Shown here: positions 20,537 to 32,196 of the stretch, piece by piece
How the letters are laid out: the number at the start of each line of letters is the position of its first letter
Numbering within the stretch: the first letter of the stretch is position 1
From: Gemmatimonadota bacterium
GTDB lineage: Bacteria; Gemmatimonadota; Gemmatimonadetes; Palauibacterales; Palauibacteraceae
Reading direction: 5' to 3'
Length of the DNA stretch: 64,000 bases
Assembly: GCA_963666735.1 (NCBI GenBank)
Contig: OY762926.1
Span: forward strand, 1,280,001-1,344,000
The notes under the pieces: model-generated
What the model saw: the letters and a program-made list of their open reading frames with translations, nothing else
Databases searched by the model: none
What the model was told of the DNA's origin: nothing
Translations under genes and position numbers: made by a program

Positions 20537-21870
20537 CACGTGCGCCCCCCCTGCACCCTGTCCGGGCTCATCCGCTCCCTCCTCACGTCCCTCGCCTCCC
20601 CGCCAAGCCACGGTTCCATCCGACGAAGACACTCCTCGCCGCCGGATCGTTCCGCGAGCCACCGGATCGCGCGTGTCGGCCCGTGCAGAACCTTGTTGAG
20701 CGCCGCCTGGCTCGCCAGCCGGAGGGCTTCGCCGGCGTCGCCGGAGGCCGGGGCGCGGGCGGCGAGGGCGTCGGCTACCAGTTCGCGAGCGGTGTTCCTC
20801 AGCGCCCGCACGGCCGGGTCGGCGCGCCGACTCCGGTGCCAGGCCCGGTATTTTGCGACGTGGCGCTCGATGATCGCCTCCGCGCGCTCGCGCTCGTACT
20901 CGCGCGCCGCCCGGGCCCGGTCCACGACCTGCCGCAGGTCGTCGATGTTGTACAGGAACACACCGGAGGTCTCCGCGACGCGCGGATCGACGTTGCGGGG
21001 CACGGCGATGTCGAGGATCACGAGCGGCGCGCGCCCCGTGCGCGGGCTCCGGGCGTGTCCGGCCCGGAGAAAGGCCGCCTCCGACTCCGTGCAGGCGACG
21101 ACGAGATCCACGCGGTCCAGGGACTCGAGCGCCGCACTCCGCCGCATCGGAAGCGCGTCGAGAGGCCGGCTCACTCGCTCGGCCCGGGCCGGGTCGCGGC
21201 TCGCGAGGAACACGCGCCTCGCCCCCTCCCGCTTCAGGCACTGCACCGTGAGTCTCCCCATTTCGCCGGTCCCGAGCACGAGCACGCGACGGTCGCCGAG
21301 TGAGCCGAACACCTTCCGGGCGAGGCCGACCGCCGCGCCGGGGATCGAAGTCACGCCGTTCGCGATCGACGTGTCGGCCCGTACGCGCCCGCCGACCTCG
21401 AGGGCCGACTGGAACAGGCGATGCAGCACGGGCCCCACCATGCGACGTCCATCCCGATAGGCTTCCCGCACCTGGCCCTGAATCTGCGGTTCGCCGACGA
21501 TGAGCGATTCCAGTCCGCCCGTCACGCGGAACAGGTGGCGGACGGCGCTCGCCCCTGCCAGCGTGGCCAGGTACGAATCTCCCGCGGCCCCCAGACCCGA
21601 AACCCCGCACAACGCCTCGCGTCCGAGGCGGTCGAGTCCTCCCGCGTCACTTCCCGCCAGGTAGCATTCCGTCCGGTTGCAGGTGGAAAGCACGACGCAC
21701 TCGGAGACGCCCGGTCTGGCCGTCAGGTTCTCGACCCACTCGGCCCGCCGCCGTTCGCCGAGCGCGAAACGCTCGCGGATGTCGATGGGGGCCGTCCGGT
21801 GGCTGAGTCCCACCGCGACGAGCGCGTCACCGGGAGAATACGACACCGAATCCGGCATCGAGGGATCCAT
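20536..21870 (-). CDS. hemA: Glutamyl-tRNA reductase
   Basis: GLSHRTAP, STCNRTE, GEPQIQGQV, GTGEMG, DIAVPRNVD. Confidence 0.95.
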   Translation of the reverse strand: MDPSMPDSVSYSPGDALVAVGLSHRTAPIDIRERFALGERRRAEWVENLTARPGVSECVVLSTCNRTECYLAGSDAGGLDRLGREALCGVSGLGAAGDSYLATLAGASAVRHLFRVTGGLESLIVGEPQIQGQVREAYRDGRRMVGPVLHRLFQSALEVGGRVRADTSIANGVTSIPGAAVGLARKVFGSLGDRRVLVLGTGEMGRLTVQCLKREGARRVFLASRDPARAERVSRPLDALPMRRSAALESLDRVDLVVACTESEAAFLRAGHARSPRTGRAPLVILDIAVPRNVDPRVAETSGVFLYNIDDLRQVVDRARAAREYERERAEAIIERHVAKYRAWHRSRRADPAVRALRNTARELVADALAARAPASGDAGEALRLASQAALNKVLHGPTRAIRWLAERSGGEECLRRMEPWLGGEARDVRRERMSPDRVQGGRT

Positions 21871-21907
21871 CCCGTCGCGAGATCCGGCGGTCGCGGCGCC
21901 GGGCGCC

Positions 21908-22348
21908 TCAGAAGGGGAGATCGTCCTCACCCGCGACGGACCGGTTGGAGAACTCCGAGAAATCCGAACGCTCCTGCCGCGGTTCCGCCGCCGAATAGCT
22001 CTCTCCGCCGCCACCGCTGCTCCCGAGCATGATCATCTCGAGCGCGCGGATCTCGGTCGTATACCGCTTCTGACCGTCCTGGCCCTCCCACTGCCGGTAC
22101 TCGATCCGGCCCTCCACGTAGACGCGGTCGCCCTTGCGCAGGTACTGCTCGCAGATCTCGGCAAGGCGGTCCCAGCAGACCACCCGATGCCACTCCGTCT
22201 TTTCCTGCTGGTCACCGGCGCGCGTCGTCCACCGGCGGCTGGTCGCGACGGAAAGCGTCGCCACCCGCGTACCCGTGTTCGTCGACCGCACTTCCGGGTC
22301 CGCGCCCAGGTTTCCGATGAGTGTTGCCTTGTTCAGACTGCGCGCCAT
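21908..22348 (-). CDS. ssb: Single-stranded DNA-binding protein
   Basis: SLNKATLIGNLGADPE, TEWHRVV, C-terminal DDLPF. Confidence 0.97.
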   Translation of the reverse strand: MARSLNKATLIGNLGADPEVRSTNTGTRVATLSVATSRRWTTRAGDQQEKTEWHRVVCWDRLAEICEQYLRKGDRVYVEGRIEYRQWEGQDGQKRYTTEIRALEMIMLGSSGGGGESYSAAEPRQERSDFSEFSNRSVAGEDDLPF

Positions 22349-22435
22349 TCCCGCCTCCCCGCTGATCGACTCGAAGGTCCATGGTAGTGTCAACATGGTG
22401 GTGCTGACGAAGGGGATCAAAGTAACCGAAAACGA

Positions 22436-22915
22436 TCAACGGACCAGCAATCGCCGCATGATGAGAGCGTCCTCCTTCGGACCCGCATAGTATCCGCGAC
22501 GCCGGCCGACGATCTCGAATCCCCGGCTTCGGTAGAGGCCCTGTGCACTTTGGTTCCCCTCTCGCACCTCGAGGAAGATCTGGACGACGCCCCGGCTCCG
22601 CGCTTCATGGAGGACCGCTTCCACCAACTCGCCCCCGATGCCGCGCCGGCGATCGTTCGGGGCCACGGCCAGGTCCCCCAATTCCGCCTCCCGCCCGGCG
22701 AACCACACGGCGGCGTATCCGGCGACGCGCTCCTCCTCGTACACGGCTTCGTACACGGCGGAGAGGAGAAACGCGTCGGGGCGCCGCAGCAGGTTCCTGA
22801 ACGTTCGTTCGGACCAGGGGGCGGCGAAACAGGCCTCCTCGATCGCCGTGACCTGCCCGAGATCCGACTCGAGGAGCGGCCGGATTCGAAGAGTCGGTCT
22901 ACCGGGGTCCGCCAC
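22436..22915 (-). CDS. rimI: Ribosomal protein S18 alanine N-acetyltransferase (GNAT)
   Basis: IEEACFAAPWS, RRRGIG, LEVREGN..A..LY...GF...GRRRGYY...EDALIM. Confidence 0.9.
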   Translation of the reverse strand: MADPGRPTLRIRPLLESDLGQVTAIEEACFAAPWSERTFRNLLRRPDAFLLSAVYEAVYEEERVAGYAAVWFAGREAELGDLAVAPNDRRRGIGGELVEAVLHEARSRGVVQIFLEVREGNQSAQGLYRSRGFEIVGRRRGYYAGPKEDALIMRRLLVR

Positions 22916-23582
22916 GGCGTCCGACCTGGCGCTCGGCTCCGGAACTCCGGACGTAGCGAGGTTCCCACGCGTCGACGTCCATGACAAGGCCGGCCGGAAG
23001 CCTCTCGGCCAGCCACAGGAGCGCCCCCGCGCGCGGTACGCCGAGAAAGGCGGGGAGCACCCTTGCGCCGCGAGCCTCGATCCTGGCGCGGTGCCGGATC
23101 GCGCCTTCCCCGGCGAAGGACCATGATCCGCGATCCTCCAGCCCCTCGATCCAGCGATCGATGCCGCACGCCTCCGGCCCGCGGACCGGGGCCTCCAGCG
23201 GCCCGTCGGCGTAGGCGGCGCCGTACACTTCACCCCGCCGGGCGTCGAACAGCGCACAAACGCGTTCACGCCCCGCGGAGGCGGCAACGGAACGAAGGCT
23301 CGAATACGCGAAGAGCGGCACACTCCTCGCGTGACACCAGCCCTTCGCCAGCGAAGCCGCGATCCGCACGCCGGTGAAGGAGCCCGGCCCCGCCCCGATG
23401 ATCACGCGTTCAATGCCGTCGACGCCGATCCGGGCGCGCGCGAGCATGCGCTCCACCTCGTCGAGCACGGTCTCCGAGTGCATCGCACGCACGGCCAGCG
23501 CACATTCCGAGATCAAGGTGTCGCCGTCGCCCACCGCGATGCTGCCGAGTCGCGTACTCGTCTCCAGCGCCAGACTCAGCAC
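22899..23582 (-). CDS. tsaB: tRNA t6A37 biosynthesis protein TsaB
   Basis: LALETST, GPGSFTGVRI, DARRGEVY, EPRYVR. Confidence 0.93.
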   Translation of the reverse strand: MLSLALETSTRLGSIAVGDGDTLISECALAVRAMHSETVLDEVERMLARARIGVDGIERVIIGAGPGSFTGVRIAASLAKGWCHARSVPLFAYSSLRSVAASAGRERVCALFDARRGEVYGAAYADGPLEAPVRGPEACGIDRWIEGLEDRGSWSFAGEGAIRHRARIEARGARVLPAFLGVPRAGALLWLAERLPAGLVMDVDAWEPRYVRSSGAERQVGRRGGPR

Positions 23583-24076
23583 GCGGACGCCTCCGCTCCA
23601 TCGGCGTACGGGCCCGGGTCGGGAACCGGCGGGACGCGACCGTGCCCGCGCGCCGTCACCCGCCGCAGCGCCTCCGCGGCGCCGCCGGCCCCGTCGGCAA
23701 ACTCGAGCCGAACTTCCCAGCGGTCCATCGGAAGCTCGTCCCCGGCTCGCTCCGCCCACTCGACAAAGACCGCCCCGGGATGGGCTTCGAGCTCCTCCCA
23801 CCCGAGGGCGAGGAGTTCGGACGGATCGCGGAGACGGTGCAGGTCCGCGTGCCCGACCGGACCTCGACCGCCGGCATACCAGTGGACGAGCGTGTAGGTC
23901 GGGCTCGTCACGGCTTCGCCCACGCCCGCTCCGGCGCACGCCGCCTGTGTGAATCGCGTCTTCCCGGCGCCGAGCGGTCCGGTGAGCGCGACGAAGATCG
24001 CCTCGCGACTCGCGACCGCGCCCACCTCCCGCCCCCAGCGCACGAGTCCCGCCTCGTCCAGCACGGTGCTCCTCAT
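23576..24076 (-). CDS. tsaE: tRNA t6A37 biosynthesis ATPase TsaE
   Basis: [31 protein letters not shown]. Confidence 0.94.
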   Translation of the reverse strand: MRSTVLDEAGLVRWGREVGAVASREAIFVALTGPLGAGKTRFTQAACAGAGVGEAVTSPTYTLVHWYAGGRGPVGHADLHRLRDPSELLALGWEELEAHPGAVFVEWAERAGDELPMDRWEVRLEFADGAGGAAEALRRVTARGHGRVPPVPDPGPYADGAEASAC

Positions 24077-26109
24077 GCCGGGTCCCCCGCGGAGACCGGC
24101 AACCCCGGCGGTCGCGCCCCCTTCCCGTCGCCGATCCGGGCGCGGATCTCGAACAACTCGTCTCGCAGTCGGGCCGCCGTCTCGAAGTCGAGCGCAGCCG
24201 CCGCGGCGCGCATGTCCCTCTCTATCGCCCCGGCCAGCGCCTCAGGCGACAGTTCCTCGTAGGAGCCTTCCCGTTCGTGCACGGCGGGCTGCGCCTCCCG
24301 GGCGTCGGCCACCGCGGTCGAGAATCGGATCTCCCTCACCGACTTCACGATCGAGCGCGGCTCGATGCCGTGCTCCCGGTTGTATTCCGCCTGCACTTCG
24401 CGGCGGCGCGCCGTCTCATCCATCGCGCGCCGCATCGAATCCGTCACCTTGTCCGCGTACAGAATCGCTTTCCCCGCGAGGTGCCGGGCCGCCCGCCCGA
24501 TCGTCTGCACGAGCGACCGATCCGAACGAAGGAAGCCCTCCTTGTCCGCATCGAGGATCGCGACCAGGGAGACCTCCGGCAGGTCGAGGCCCTCTCGCAG
24601 CAGGTTGATCCCGACCAGGACATCGAACGTCCCCAGCCGCAAATCGCGGAGGATCTTCACACGGTCGATCGCCGCAATGTCCGAGTGCATGTAGCGCACC
24701 CGCACGCCCCGCGCCGCGAGAAACTCCGAGAGATCTTCCGCCATCCGCTTCGTGAGCGTCGTCACGAGCACGCGCTCGCGCCGTTCCGTCCGCCGGCGAA
24801 TCTCGCCAAGCAGGTCGTCCACCTGTCCGCGGACCGGCCGCACCTCCACCTCCGGATCCAGCAATCCCGTCGGCCGAATCAACTGCTCAACCACGACGCC
24901 GCCGCTCTTCCGCAACTCGTACTCGCCCGGCGTCGCGCTGACGAAGATCGCGCTCGGCACGAGATCTTCCCATTCCCGGAACGACAGCGGCCGGTTGTCC
25001 AGCGCGGACGGAAGCCGAAAACCGAACTCCACCAGCGTCGTCTTTCGACTCCGGTCCCCCTCGTACATGCCGCCGATCTGCGGGATCGACACGTGGGATT
25101 CGTCCACGACCACGACATGATCCTCCGGAAAATAATCGAGAAGGCAGTAGGGACGGCTGCCGGGCGCCCGGCCGTCCAGGTGTCGGCTGTAGTTCTCGAT
25201 CCCGGGACAGAATCCCACTTCCGTCAGCATCTCGAGATCGAATCGCGTGCGCTGATCCAGGCGTTGCGCCTCGAGGAGCCGGCCCTCCCGCCGTAGGTGC
25301 AGCAGTCGCTCCTCCAACTCCACGTAGATCGCGTGCCGGGCCTCCTCCAGCCGATGGCCAAGCGTCGCGTAGTGTGTGGCCGGAAAGATCGAGGTCTCGG
25401 GCAGGCGCGTGATCGTGACGCCGGTCATCGGGTCGATCTTCGAGATGCGTTCGATCGCGTCGCCCCACATCTCGACCCTGACGCCCTGCTCCTCGTACGC
25501 GGGCAGGATTTCGATCACATCTCCCCGCACGCGGAAGGTGCCGCGCACGAAATCCAGATCGTTCCGCGAATACTGGATCTGCACGAGCCCGGAGAGGATC
25601 TCCCGGCGGGAGATCTCCTGACCCTCGCTCAGCGTAAGCATGAGTTCGCGGTAGCCGGCCGGATCCCCGAGGCCGTAGATCGCGGACACGGAGGCAACGA
25701 CAATCACATCCCGCCGTTCCATGAGGGCGGACGTGGCCCGGAGCCGCAATCGGTCTATGTCTTCATTGATAGACGCATCTTTTTCTATGAAAGTATCCGT
25801 CGCGGGAACATAGGCCTCGGGCTGATAGTAGTCGTAATAAGAGATGAAATATTCGACGGCGTTGCGAGGAAAGAATTGCCGCAGTTCCCCATACAACTGA
25901 GCGGCGAGCGTCTTGTTATGGCTCATGACCAGCGTCGGACGATTGACTTCCGCAATCATCGCCGCCAGCGTCACGGTCTTGCCGCTGCCGGTCACGCCGA
26001 GGAGTGTCTGCCACTTGTCGCCGCGGCGCACGCCTTCGGCCAACTCACGGATCGCGGTGGGCTGGTCGCCCATCGGCTCGAATGGAAGCTGCAGGTCGAA
26101 GGGGGGCAT
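24073..26109 (-). CDS. uvrB: Excinuclease ABC subunit B
   Basis: [36 protein letters not shown]-terminal UVR domain. Confidence 0.98.
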   Translation of the reverse strand: MPPFDLQLPFEPMGDQPTAIRELAEGVRRGDKWQTLLGVTGSGKTVTLAAMIAEVNRPTLVMSHNKTLAAQLYGELRQFFPRNAVEYFISYYDYYQPEAYVPATDTFIEKDASINEDIDRLRLRATSALMERRDVIVVASVSAIYGLGDPAGYRELMLTLSEGQEISRREILSGLVQIQYSRNDLDFVRGTFRVRGDVIEILPAYEEQGVRVEMWGDAIERISKIDPMTGVTITRLPETSIFPATHYATLGHRLEEARHAIYVELEERLLHLRREGRLLEAQRLDQRTRFDLEMLTEVGFCPGIENYSRHLDGRAPGSRPYCLLDYFPEDHVVVVDESHVSIPQIGGMYEGDRSRKTTLVEFGFRLPSALDNRPLSFREWEDLVPSAIFVSATPGEYELRKSGGVVVEQLIRPTGLLDPEVEVRPVRGQVDDLLGEIRRRTERRERVLVTTLTKRMAEDLSEFLAARGVRVRYMHSDIAAIDRVKILRDLRLGTFDVLVGINLLREGLDLPEVSLVAILDADKEGFLRSDRSLVQTIGRAARHLAGKAILYADKVTDSMRRAMDETARRREVQAEYNREHGIEPRSIVKSVREIRFSTAVADAREAQPAVHEREGSYEELSPEALAGAIERDMRAAAAALDFETAARLRDELFEIRARIGDGKGARPPGLPVSAGDPA

Positions 26110-26125
26110 GGTCTCGGTCAGCCGG

Positions 26126-28348
26126 TCACTCGATGGTGAGCCCGCTCTCCCCGAATGACTCCTTCCGTTCGACGGAGATCACACCCTTCACGCCCTGCAC
26201 CTTGCGCATGACCTTCTGCAGGTGGTTCAGGTTCTCGACTTCGACGACAAACTGCCCGCGCATCCCTCCCTCGACCCCCTTGATGTCGGCCGACTGAATG
26301 TTCGTGCCCGTGTCGCTGACCGCGCGCGCGATGTCCGCGAACAGACCGTGGCGATCCGTCCCCTCCATGACGATGCGGATCAGGAACCGGCGCTCTCCGT
26401 GCGCCTGCCACTCGATTTCCACCCGGCGTTCCGGGGCGTTGGAGAGGTTCAGGACGTTCGGACAATCCTGCCGGTGAATGGAAACGCCGCGGCCGCGCGT
26501 GATATAGCCGATGACCCTGTCCCCGGGGACCGGTTGGCAGCACTGGGAATACCGCACCATGAGGTTTTCCATCCCCTGGATCCGGATCCCCTGACCGCTT
26601 CCGCCCCAGACTTTGTCCACCAGCTTGTGAAGCGGACTCGGACTCTTCCGCGGCACGTCCGGGATGACCTCCGGGAGGATCGCCCGCATTACGCGCGTGA
26701 GCCCCACGTCCCCGCGGCCGGCGGCCGCGAAGAGGGCGTCGGTTCCGTCGTAGCCCAGCGTGTCGCAAGCGGCCTTGAGGGCCGCCTCATCCACCTTTCC
26801 GCGGCGGCGGCGCCTCCACTCCCGTTGAACGATGTCCTTCCCCAGCTGGAGAGCGGATTCCTGCTCCTCATCGCGGATCCATTGCCGGATCTCGTGGCGG
26901 GCCTTGCTGCTCCGCACGAAACCCAGCCAGTCCCGGCTCGGCGTCTGCGAATCGGAGGTCAGGACATGTACGGTGTCCCCGTTCCGGAGCGGGCGGCTGA
27001 GCGGGGCGATCCGTTCGTTCACCTTCGCGCCCCTGCAGCGCAACCCGACCTCGGTGTGAACGGCGAAGGCGAAGTCGATGGGCGTGGCCCCCTTCGGCAA
27101 CTGCTTGACGTCTCCCGCCGGCGTAAAGACGAAAATCTCGTCCTGGAACAGGTCGATGCGGAGGAACTCCATGAATTCCTCGGGCTCGCGCGTCTCCTGC
27201 TGCCACTCGAGCACCTGGCGGAACCACGCGAGTTCGTCGTCGACCTCGTCCCCGGACCGGCCCTCCTTGTAGCGCCAGTGGGCCGCGATCCCGTACTCGG
27301 CCGTGCGGTGCATTTCGCGGGTTCGAATCTGGATCTCGTACAGCGCTCCGCCGGGACCGAAGATCGTCGTGTGCAGACTCTGGTACATGTTCGACTTCGG
27401 CGTGGCGATGAAGTCGTGAAAGCGTTCCGTAAGCGGCGTCCACTTGTTGTGCACGATCCCGAGCGCGTGGTAGCAGTCGCGCACCGAGTCCACGATGAGC
27501 CGCATCGCCAGCGTGTCGTAGACCTCGTCGTACGGCTTGTCGCGCTTGACCATCTTTCCGTAGATGGACCAGAGGTGCTTGGGGCGCCCCGTCACTTCGC
27601 ACTCGACCCCGGCGGCATCCAGTTCGGCCCGCAGCGGTTCCTCCATGCGCCGGATCAATCCCTCGCGTTCGCCCCGCGTGGCGTTGACCTCCTTCACGAG
27701 CTTCCGGTACTCCCCGGGCTCCAGGAACTTGAAGGCGAGATCCTCGAGTTCCCACTTGAGACGGGCCACCCCGAGGCGGTGGGCCAGGGGTGCGTAGATC
27801 TCCCGGGTCTCGAGCGCGATCCGCTCGCGGGCGCCGGCCGGCATGTGCTCCAGTGTCCGCATGTTGTGAAGGCGGTCCGCGAGCTTGACCATGATCACGC
27901 GCGCGTCGCGCGCCATGGAGAGAAGGAGCTTGCGGTAGGTCTCGACCTGCCGTTCCGCCATGGAACCGAACGCGAACAGCGCGATCTTCGTGAGGCCGTC
28001 CACGATGAGGGCGATTTCCTCGCCGAACTCGGTCCGGATCTCGTCCACGGTGGTATCCGTGTCCTCCACCACGTCGTGGAGGAGCGAAGCCGCGATGCTC
28101 ACCGTGTCGAGCCGGATCTCGATGAGGATCTTGGCCACTTCCACGCAGTGGCGAATGTAATCCTCGCCGGAGCGACGCTTCTGGCCCTCGTGTTTCTCCA
28201 GGCTGTACTGGAACGCAAGCGCGAGCAGATCGAGGTCGAGGCGGTCCTCGTAGCCCTCGATCGCCTTCATGAAGTCCCCGGGCAGCAGCGAGCGCGGGCC
28301 CGCTCCCGGCGCGGCCCGGCCGACTTCCCGCTTGAGGCTGCTCTCCAC
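26126..28348 (-). CDS. rel: Bifunctional (p)ppGpp synthetase/hydrolase (long RSH)
   Basis: HD motif [30 protein letters not shown] ([14 protein letters not shown]), CC and ACT domains; start GTG 28348 or ATG 28270. Confidence 0.95.
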   Translation of the reverse strand: MESSLKREVGRAAPGAGPRSLLPGDFMKAIEGYEDRLDLDLLALAFQYSLEKHEGQKRRSGEDYIRHCVEVAKILIEIRLDTVSIAASLLHDVVEDTDTTVDEIRTEFGEEIALIVDGLTKIALFAFGSMAERQVETYRKLLLSMARDARVIMVKLADRLHNMRTLEHMPAGARERIALETREIYAPLAHRLGVARLKWELEDLAFKFLEPGEYRKLVKEVNATRGEREGLIRRMEEPLRAELDAAGVECEVTGRPKHLWSIYGKMVKRDKPYDEVYDTLAMRLIVDSVRDCYHALGIVHNKWTPLTERFHDFIATPKSNMYQSLHTTIFGPGGALYEIQIRTREMHRTAEYGIAAHWRYKEGRSGDEVDDELAWFRQVLEWQQETREPEEFMEFLRIDLFQDEIFVFTPAGDVKQLPKGATPIDFAFAVHTEVGLRCRGAKVNERIAPLSRPLRNGDTVHVLTSDSQTPSRDWLGFVRSSKARHEIRQWIRDEEQESALQLGKDIVQREWRRRRRGKVDEAALKAACDTLGYDGTDALFAAAGRGDVGLTRVMRAILPEVIPDVPRKSPSPLHKLVDKVWGGSGQGIRIQGMENLMVRYSQCCQPVPGDRVIGYITRGRGVSIHRQDCPNVLNLSNAPERRVEIEWQAHGERRFLIRIVMEGTDRHGLFADIARAVSDTGTNIQSADIKGVEGGMRGQFVVEVENLNHLQKVMRKVQGVKGVISVERKESFGESGLTIE

Positions 28349-28659
28349 GCTTCGCGCTCCATCCCCGAGACTTCCACGCCCGAACGGCCACGGCCCAACG
28401 GCCCGGGCAACCCATAAAGGTAGCGGTAGCGCGCGATTTCGGCGCGGGCCGGGCCGGGAGCGAGTGTTGTGTCCTGGCAGTCCGTGGCGAAACCCCGCGT
28501 CAGCGCCGAGAGCGGTGAAGCGCTCGCCTGACAAGGAGCGACGAGGGAGAATAGCAGCGCTATTTGACCGAGGAGCGACGCAGAGCGCAGCGTTTCAGGC
28601 GAGATGCAGCGTCGCTCGAACGCAGCGGGGTCTTTGCCACGGGCTGCTGGACGCGACGT

Positions 28660-29343
28660 TTAGCAGACGCCGCGCTCGCGAAGGCTGACGTAGGCCCGGT
28701 CGCCGAGGATGATGTGGTCGCGGACGGGGATGCCGAGGAGCCGGCCGCTCTCGACGAGTTGGCAGGTCACGGCGATGTCCTCGGGCGACGGTTCGGGCTC
28801 GCCGCTCGGGTGGTTGTGGGCGAGGATGACGGAGGCCGAGGCCGTGGCGATCGCCGGCGCGAATACTTCCCGCGGGTGGACGAGCGAGCTGTTCAGGAGC
28901 CCCACGGTGAGTCGCCGCTCGAGGAGAACCTGGCTTTGCGTATCGAGGTAGATGACCCAGAACTCTTCCTGCCGACGGTCGCGCAGCAGGGGGCCGAGGC
29001 GGCCGAACACGTCGGCGGGACTGCGGATGCGCGCACTGGCGCGGGCGGGTTCAGCCGCCTGGCGCCGCCCAAGCGCGAGCGCCGCGGCCACGGCGGCCGA
29101 ACGGGCGGGGCCAACTCCTCCGGTCCGCTCGAGTTCAGCCGGCTCCGCCCGCCCGATCTCGCGCAGCGAACCGCCGAAGTCCGCGAGCAGCCGCCCGGCG
29201 ACATCCACGGCCGAGCGGCCCGCCGCGCCCGCGCCGAGCACGACGGCGAGCAGTTCCGTCGTCGAGAGCGCGTCGGGGCTGAAGCGGCGGAGCCGCTCCC
29301 GCGGACGTTCGCTGGCCGGGAGTTCGAGGATCTTGGGAGCCAT
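28660..29343 (-). CDS. radC: RadC (HhH plus JAB/MPN) protein
   Basis: ERPRERL, VHPREVF, HNHPSG..PSPED, DHIILG. Confidence 0.94.
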   Translation of the reverse strand: MAPKILELPASERPRERLRRFSPDALSTTELLAVVLGAGAAGRSAVDVAGRLLADFGGSLREIGRAEPAELERTGGVGPARSAAVAAALALGRRQAAEPARASARIRSPADVFGRLGPLLRDRRQEEFWVIYLDTQSQVLLERRLTVGLLNSSLVHPREVFAPAIATASASVILAHNHPSGEPEPSPEDIAVTCQLVESGRLLGIPVRDHIILGDRAYVSLRERGVC

Positions 29344-29512
29344 GCGTCATGTATCCGGGCGGCCATGAATCCCGTCTCAACTCCGGGGCAGCCTGCGCAT
29401 GTCGCTTGCGAGGTCGTGGCACAACCGTGCCGGGTCGCGCAAGTTTCGGAGCTGCCGGCCGGTGATCGGCCCGGCGGATGACTTGAAGCCCCGAAGTCCC
29501 AATGGAGGTTCC

Positions 29513-30316
29513 ATGAAATCAGTCCCGCGCGGTGTCGGCGCCGCCACCATCGCCCTCGCCTTCGCTCTCCCCGTGAGCGGGCAGACGCTTCTGCGACTCG
29601 CCCCGCCCGAGGGTCAGGTGAGTCGCTACGCGTTCTCCGTGGAAATGACCATGGAGAATCCCATGATTCCGACTACGGGCCCCCTCATGACGTTGCGCGG
29701 CGTGCAGACGCAAACCATCCTCGGCGCCGCGGAAGAGGTCATTCGCACCCGCACGGCGTTCGACTCGGCCGAAATGACGGTGGGCGTGCCCGGCGCCGGC
29801 CCGCTGCCGGATATTTCGGGAAGCGCGTTTTCGATCGACATGGACCCGCGCGGCCGCATGTTGAACATCTCTGCGGATGCCACCCCGGACGGCGGGGGGC
29901 AGGAGATGGTACAGTCCCTTCTGGAGGGCTCGGATTACTACTGGCTGCCCGAGACCGAGGTCGCCGCGGGGGATACCTGGACGCAGAGCGTGGCGGTCCC
30001 GATGGTTGCACCCATGATCCCCTCCGGCCCGGCGGGCCCCGCGGAGAGCATGGAGGTGGAATTCACCTACACGCTCGCCGGCCTGGAGGATGGCCGGGCA
30101 ACGATCACCTTTGCGGGCCCGGTCGAGTCCAGTCTCAACATGGGGGGGGTGACGGCGAGTTTCAGCGGGGAGCTGAGCGGGTCCATGGCCGTGGATCTGA
30201 CCGCGGGCCGATACGTGCGCCAGGAGAGCCGGGCGAACCTCGAAGTCGTGATGGCGGGAATGGCCACTCCCATGGAGACGACCATGATCCTCGAACTTCT
30301 CACCGATTCGCCCTAG
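29513..30316 (+). CDS. Secreted beta-rich hypothetical protein (possibly DUF6263-like)
   Basis: GGAGG RBS, signal peptide ending VSG-QT, LPETEVAAGDTW motif. Confidence 0.6.
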   Translation: MKSVPRGVGAATIALAFALPVSGQTLLRLAPPEGQVSRYAFSVEMTMENPMIPTTGPLMTLRGVQTQTILGAAEEVIRTRTAFDSAEMTVGVPGAGPLPDISGSAFSIDMDPRGRMLNISADATPDGGGQEMVQSLLEGSDYYWLPETEVAAGDTWTQSVAVPMVAPMIPSGPAGPAESMEVEFTYTLAGLEDGRATITFAGPVESSLNMGGVTASFSGELSGSMAVDLTAGRYVRQESRANLEVVMAGMATPMETTMILELLTDSP

Positions 30317-32196
30317 CGAGCCCTGGTCGGCAGCGCGATGCGGGACGCGTGGATCGCGTTTCGCCGCACCGTCCACTCCGGGACGCTCTCGTCGCGGGGA
30401 TAGCGGAGGAAGGTGTCCGCGTCCGCGCCGGCGATGGCGACCCGGATGCGGTGGCCGGCCCGGAACAGCGCCGAGGTCGCCCACAGGTCGAAGCTCAGTT
30501 CCGCGACCTCCCCCGGCACGAGGGGGAGCGCGTCCGCGCGTGACTCGGTGCGGTGCGGTCCGTACTTGCGGTATAGCGGTGGAGCCTCCGTGACCGCGCG
30601 CATGACGCCGCGGAGCTGTCCCTCGGTGATGTACCGCACCGTTCCATCCGGAGCGACGTCTTCCAGGTAAACGATGAAGGCGCCATCCGTCTCGGTGGAC
30701 GCCAGGTGCAGCGTGACGACGGGGTGGCCGGTGACTTCGGTATCGACCCGCAGCGGAGCGCTGGTGTAGGTCAGCAGCTTCCCGTCCTCCGCGCGGCGGT
30801 CCCCGTACACGACGTCGCCGCCCCCGCCGTTCGTGTACCAGCGGTTGCGGGTCCCCGTCGTGGCGGTGAAATCGACGGTGTAGGCGTCCTCCCCCGCTTG
30901 CGAGGCGGGAGCTTCCGTCGACAGCGTGCCTCCCTCGCGGAAGTACCACGTCACGTCGTCAAAGCCCTCCGGCGGCCAGCGCTCCGTCCGCGTCCAGCGG
31001 TCGGCGCCCATGGTGTAGTAGTGGATCTCGGTCGGGGTCTCCCCGGACCCGTCCTCCTTCAGGTGCGCGTCGAAGAACGCCACGAGTGCCTCGAACCGTG
31101 CGTCCGCGCCGGGGTCGACGGGCGTGTCGTCCGCCTTGAAGGGGTCGGTGTCGTTGCGGGCCCCGTGGTCCCATGGGCCGATGTAGACCTGCTGGGCGTT
31201 GGAAATCGTGTTGTAGCGGCCGAGGGCGCCGTTCACCGTGGCGGCGTCCTGCCAGCCCACGCGGATGAACATGGCCACGCCGGACTCTTCGATCTGCGGC
31301 AGATGGCCGGAGGGACTGCGGCGGTGCCCGACGTTCGTCTCGCCGTAGGGGCCGAAGGGGTCGTCCCGGAACTCGTACTCCAGCGCCGCCTCGAAGGGCA
31401 CGGTATTGGCCCGGTGCTCCGCGACCGCAGCCGCGAGCAGCGACCCATTGATGTCCGCGTCGACGGGCTTGACGCCGGTGACCCGGCTCCGCGCCTCGTC
31501 GCAGGCGGCCCCCATCGCGTCGGACAGGCCGCAGATGTCGTTCAGGTCCTGCATACGCGTGCGGTTCGACCAGTCCTCGAGGAAGCCGACCGTGAGGACC
31601 CCTCCGGGAAAGATGAGGTGGCCGAAGTTGTCGAAGTCGTTGAAGAGGGGCGCGACCGCCTTCACGGCGGGGCTGCGATTCACGGCCAGCATCTCTGCCG
31701 TGTTCCCGGCGTAGGAGACCCCGTAGGCGCCCACGCGCCCGTTCGACCAGGGCTGGTCCGCAATCCAGTCCGCGACCTCCCCGTAGTCCGTGACCTCGTC
31801 TTCGGCGAGTTCGAAGCGGCGGATCCCGAACGAGGCCCCGCTGCCCCGCCCATCCACGAGGATGAGGGCGTATCCGGCCCGGTTCCAACGTTCGGCCTCC
31901 GCGAAGTTCGAGGCCTCCTCAAGGGGGACGCCGACCTCGCCGCGGGCGCGCCAGTAACGGGTCGCTCGCATCATGGCCGGGAGCCGGTCCCCCGGCTGGA
32001 TGCCGTCGGGCAACCACACGTCGACGGCAATGCGGACGCCGTCCCGCATGGGGACGTGGAGCGCCTGGTTGCGCGTGAGCGCGCTCACGGGGGCCTCACC
32101 CGCGCTATCGCCGGGAGTGGAAACGCCGTCCCCGCAGGCCAGCCCGGCCAGTGCCGCCAGCCCCACCGCTACGGAGGAGGGCCGCCCCAGGCTCAC
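30313..32196 (-). CDS. CocE/NonD-family serine hydrolase, lipoprotein
   Basis: Lipobox LAGLAC, MRDGVRIAVD, QPWSNGRVGAYGVSYAG nucleophile motif, GPWDHG, C-terminal PepX_C-like domain; GTGA overlap with GGT copy 1. Confidence 0.9.
   Translation of the reverse strand: MSLGRPSSVAVGLAALAGLACGDGVSTPGDSAGEAPVSALTRNQALHVPMRDGVRIAVDVWLPDGIQPGDRLPAMMRATRYWRARGEVGVPLEEASNFAEAERWNRAGYALILVDGRGSGASFGIRRFELAEDEVTDYGEVADWIADQPWSNGRVGAYGVSYAGNTAEMLAVNRSPAVKAVAPLFNDFDNFGHLIFPGGVLTVGFLEDWSNRTRMQDLNDICGLSDAMGAACDEARSRVTGVKPVDADINGSLLAAAVAEHRANTVPFEAALEYEFRDDPFGPYGETNVGHRRSPSGHLPQIEESGVAMFIRVGWQDAATVNGALGRYNTISNAQQVYIGPWDHGARNDTDPFKADDTPVDPGADARFEALVAFFDAHLKEDGSGETPTEIHYYTMGADRWTRTERWPPEGFDDVTWYFREGGTLSTEAPASQAGEDAYTVDFTATTGTRNRWYTNGGGGDVVYGDRRAEDGKLLTYTSAPLRVDTEVTGHPVVTLHLASTETDGAFIVYLEDVAPDGTVRYITEGQLRGVMRAVTEAPPLYRKYGPHRTESRADALPLVPGEVAELSFDLWATSALFRAGHRIRVAIAGADADTFLRYPRDESVPEWTVRRNAIHASRIALPTRAR

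Noticed and set aside
28660..29343. RadC JAB domain as the missing Cap3 of the CBASS
   Set aside because: Full-length housekeeping-type RadC 12 kb away among core genes; E2-only CBASS does not need a JAB
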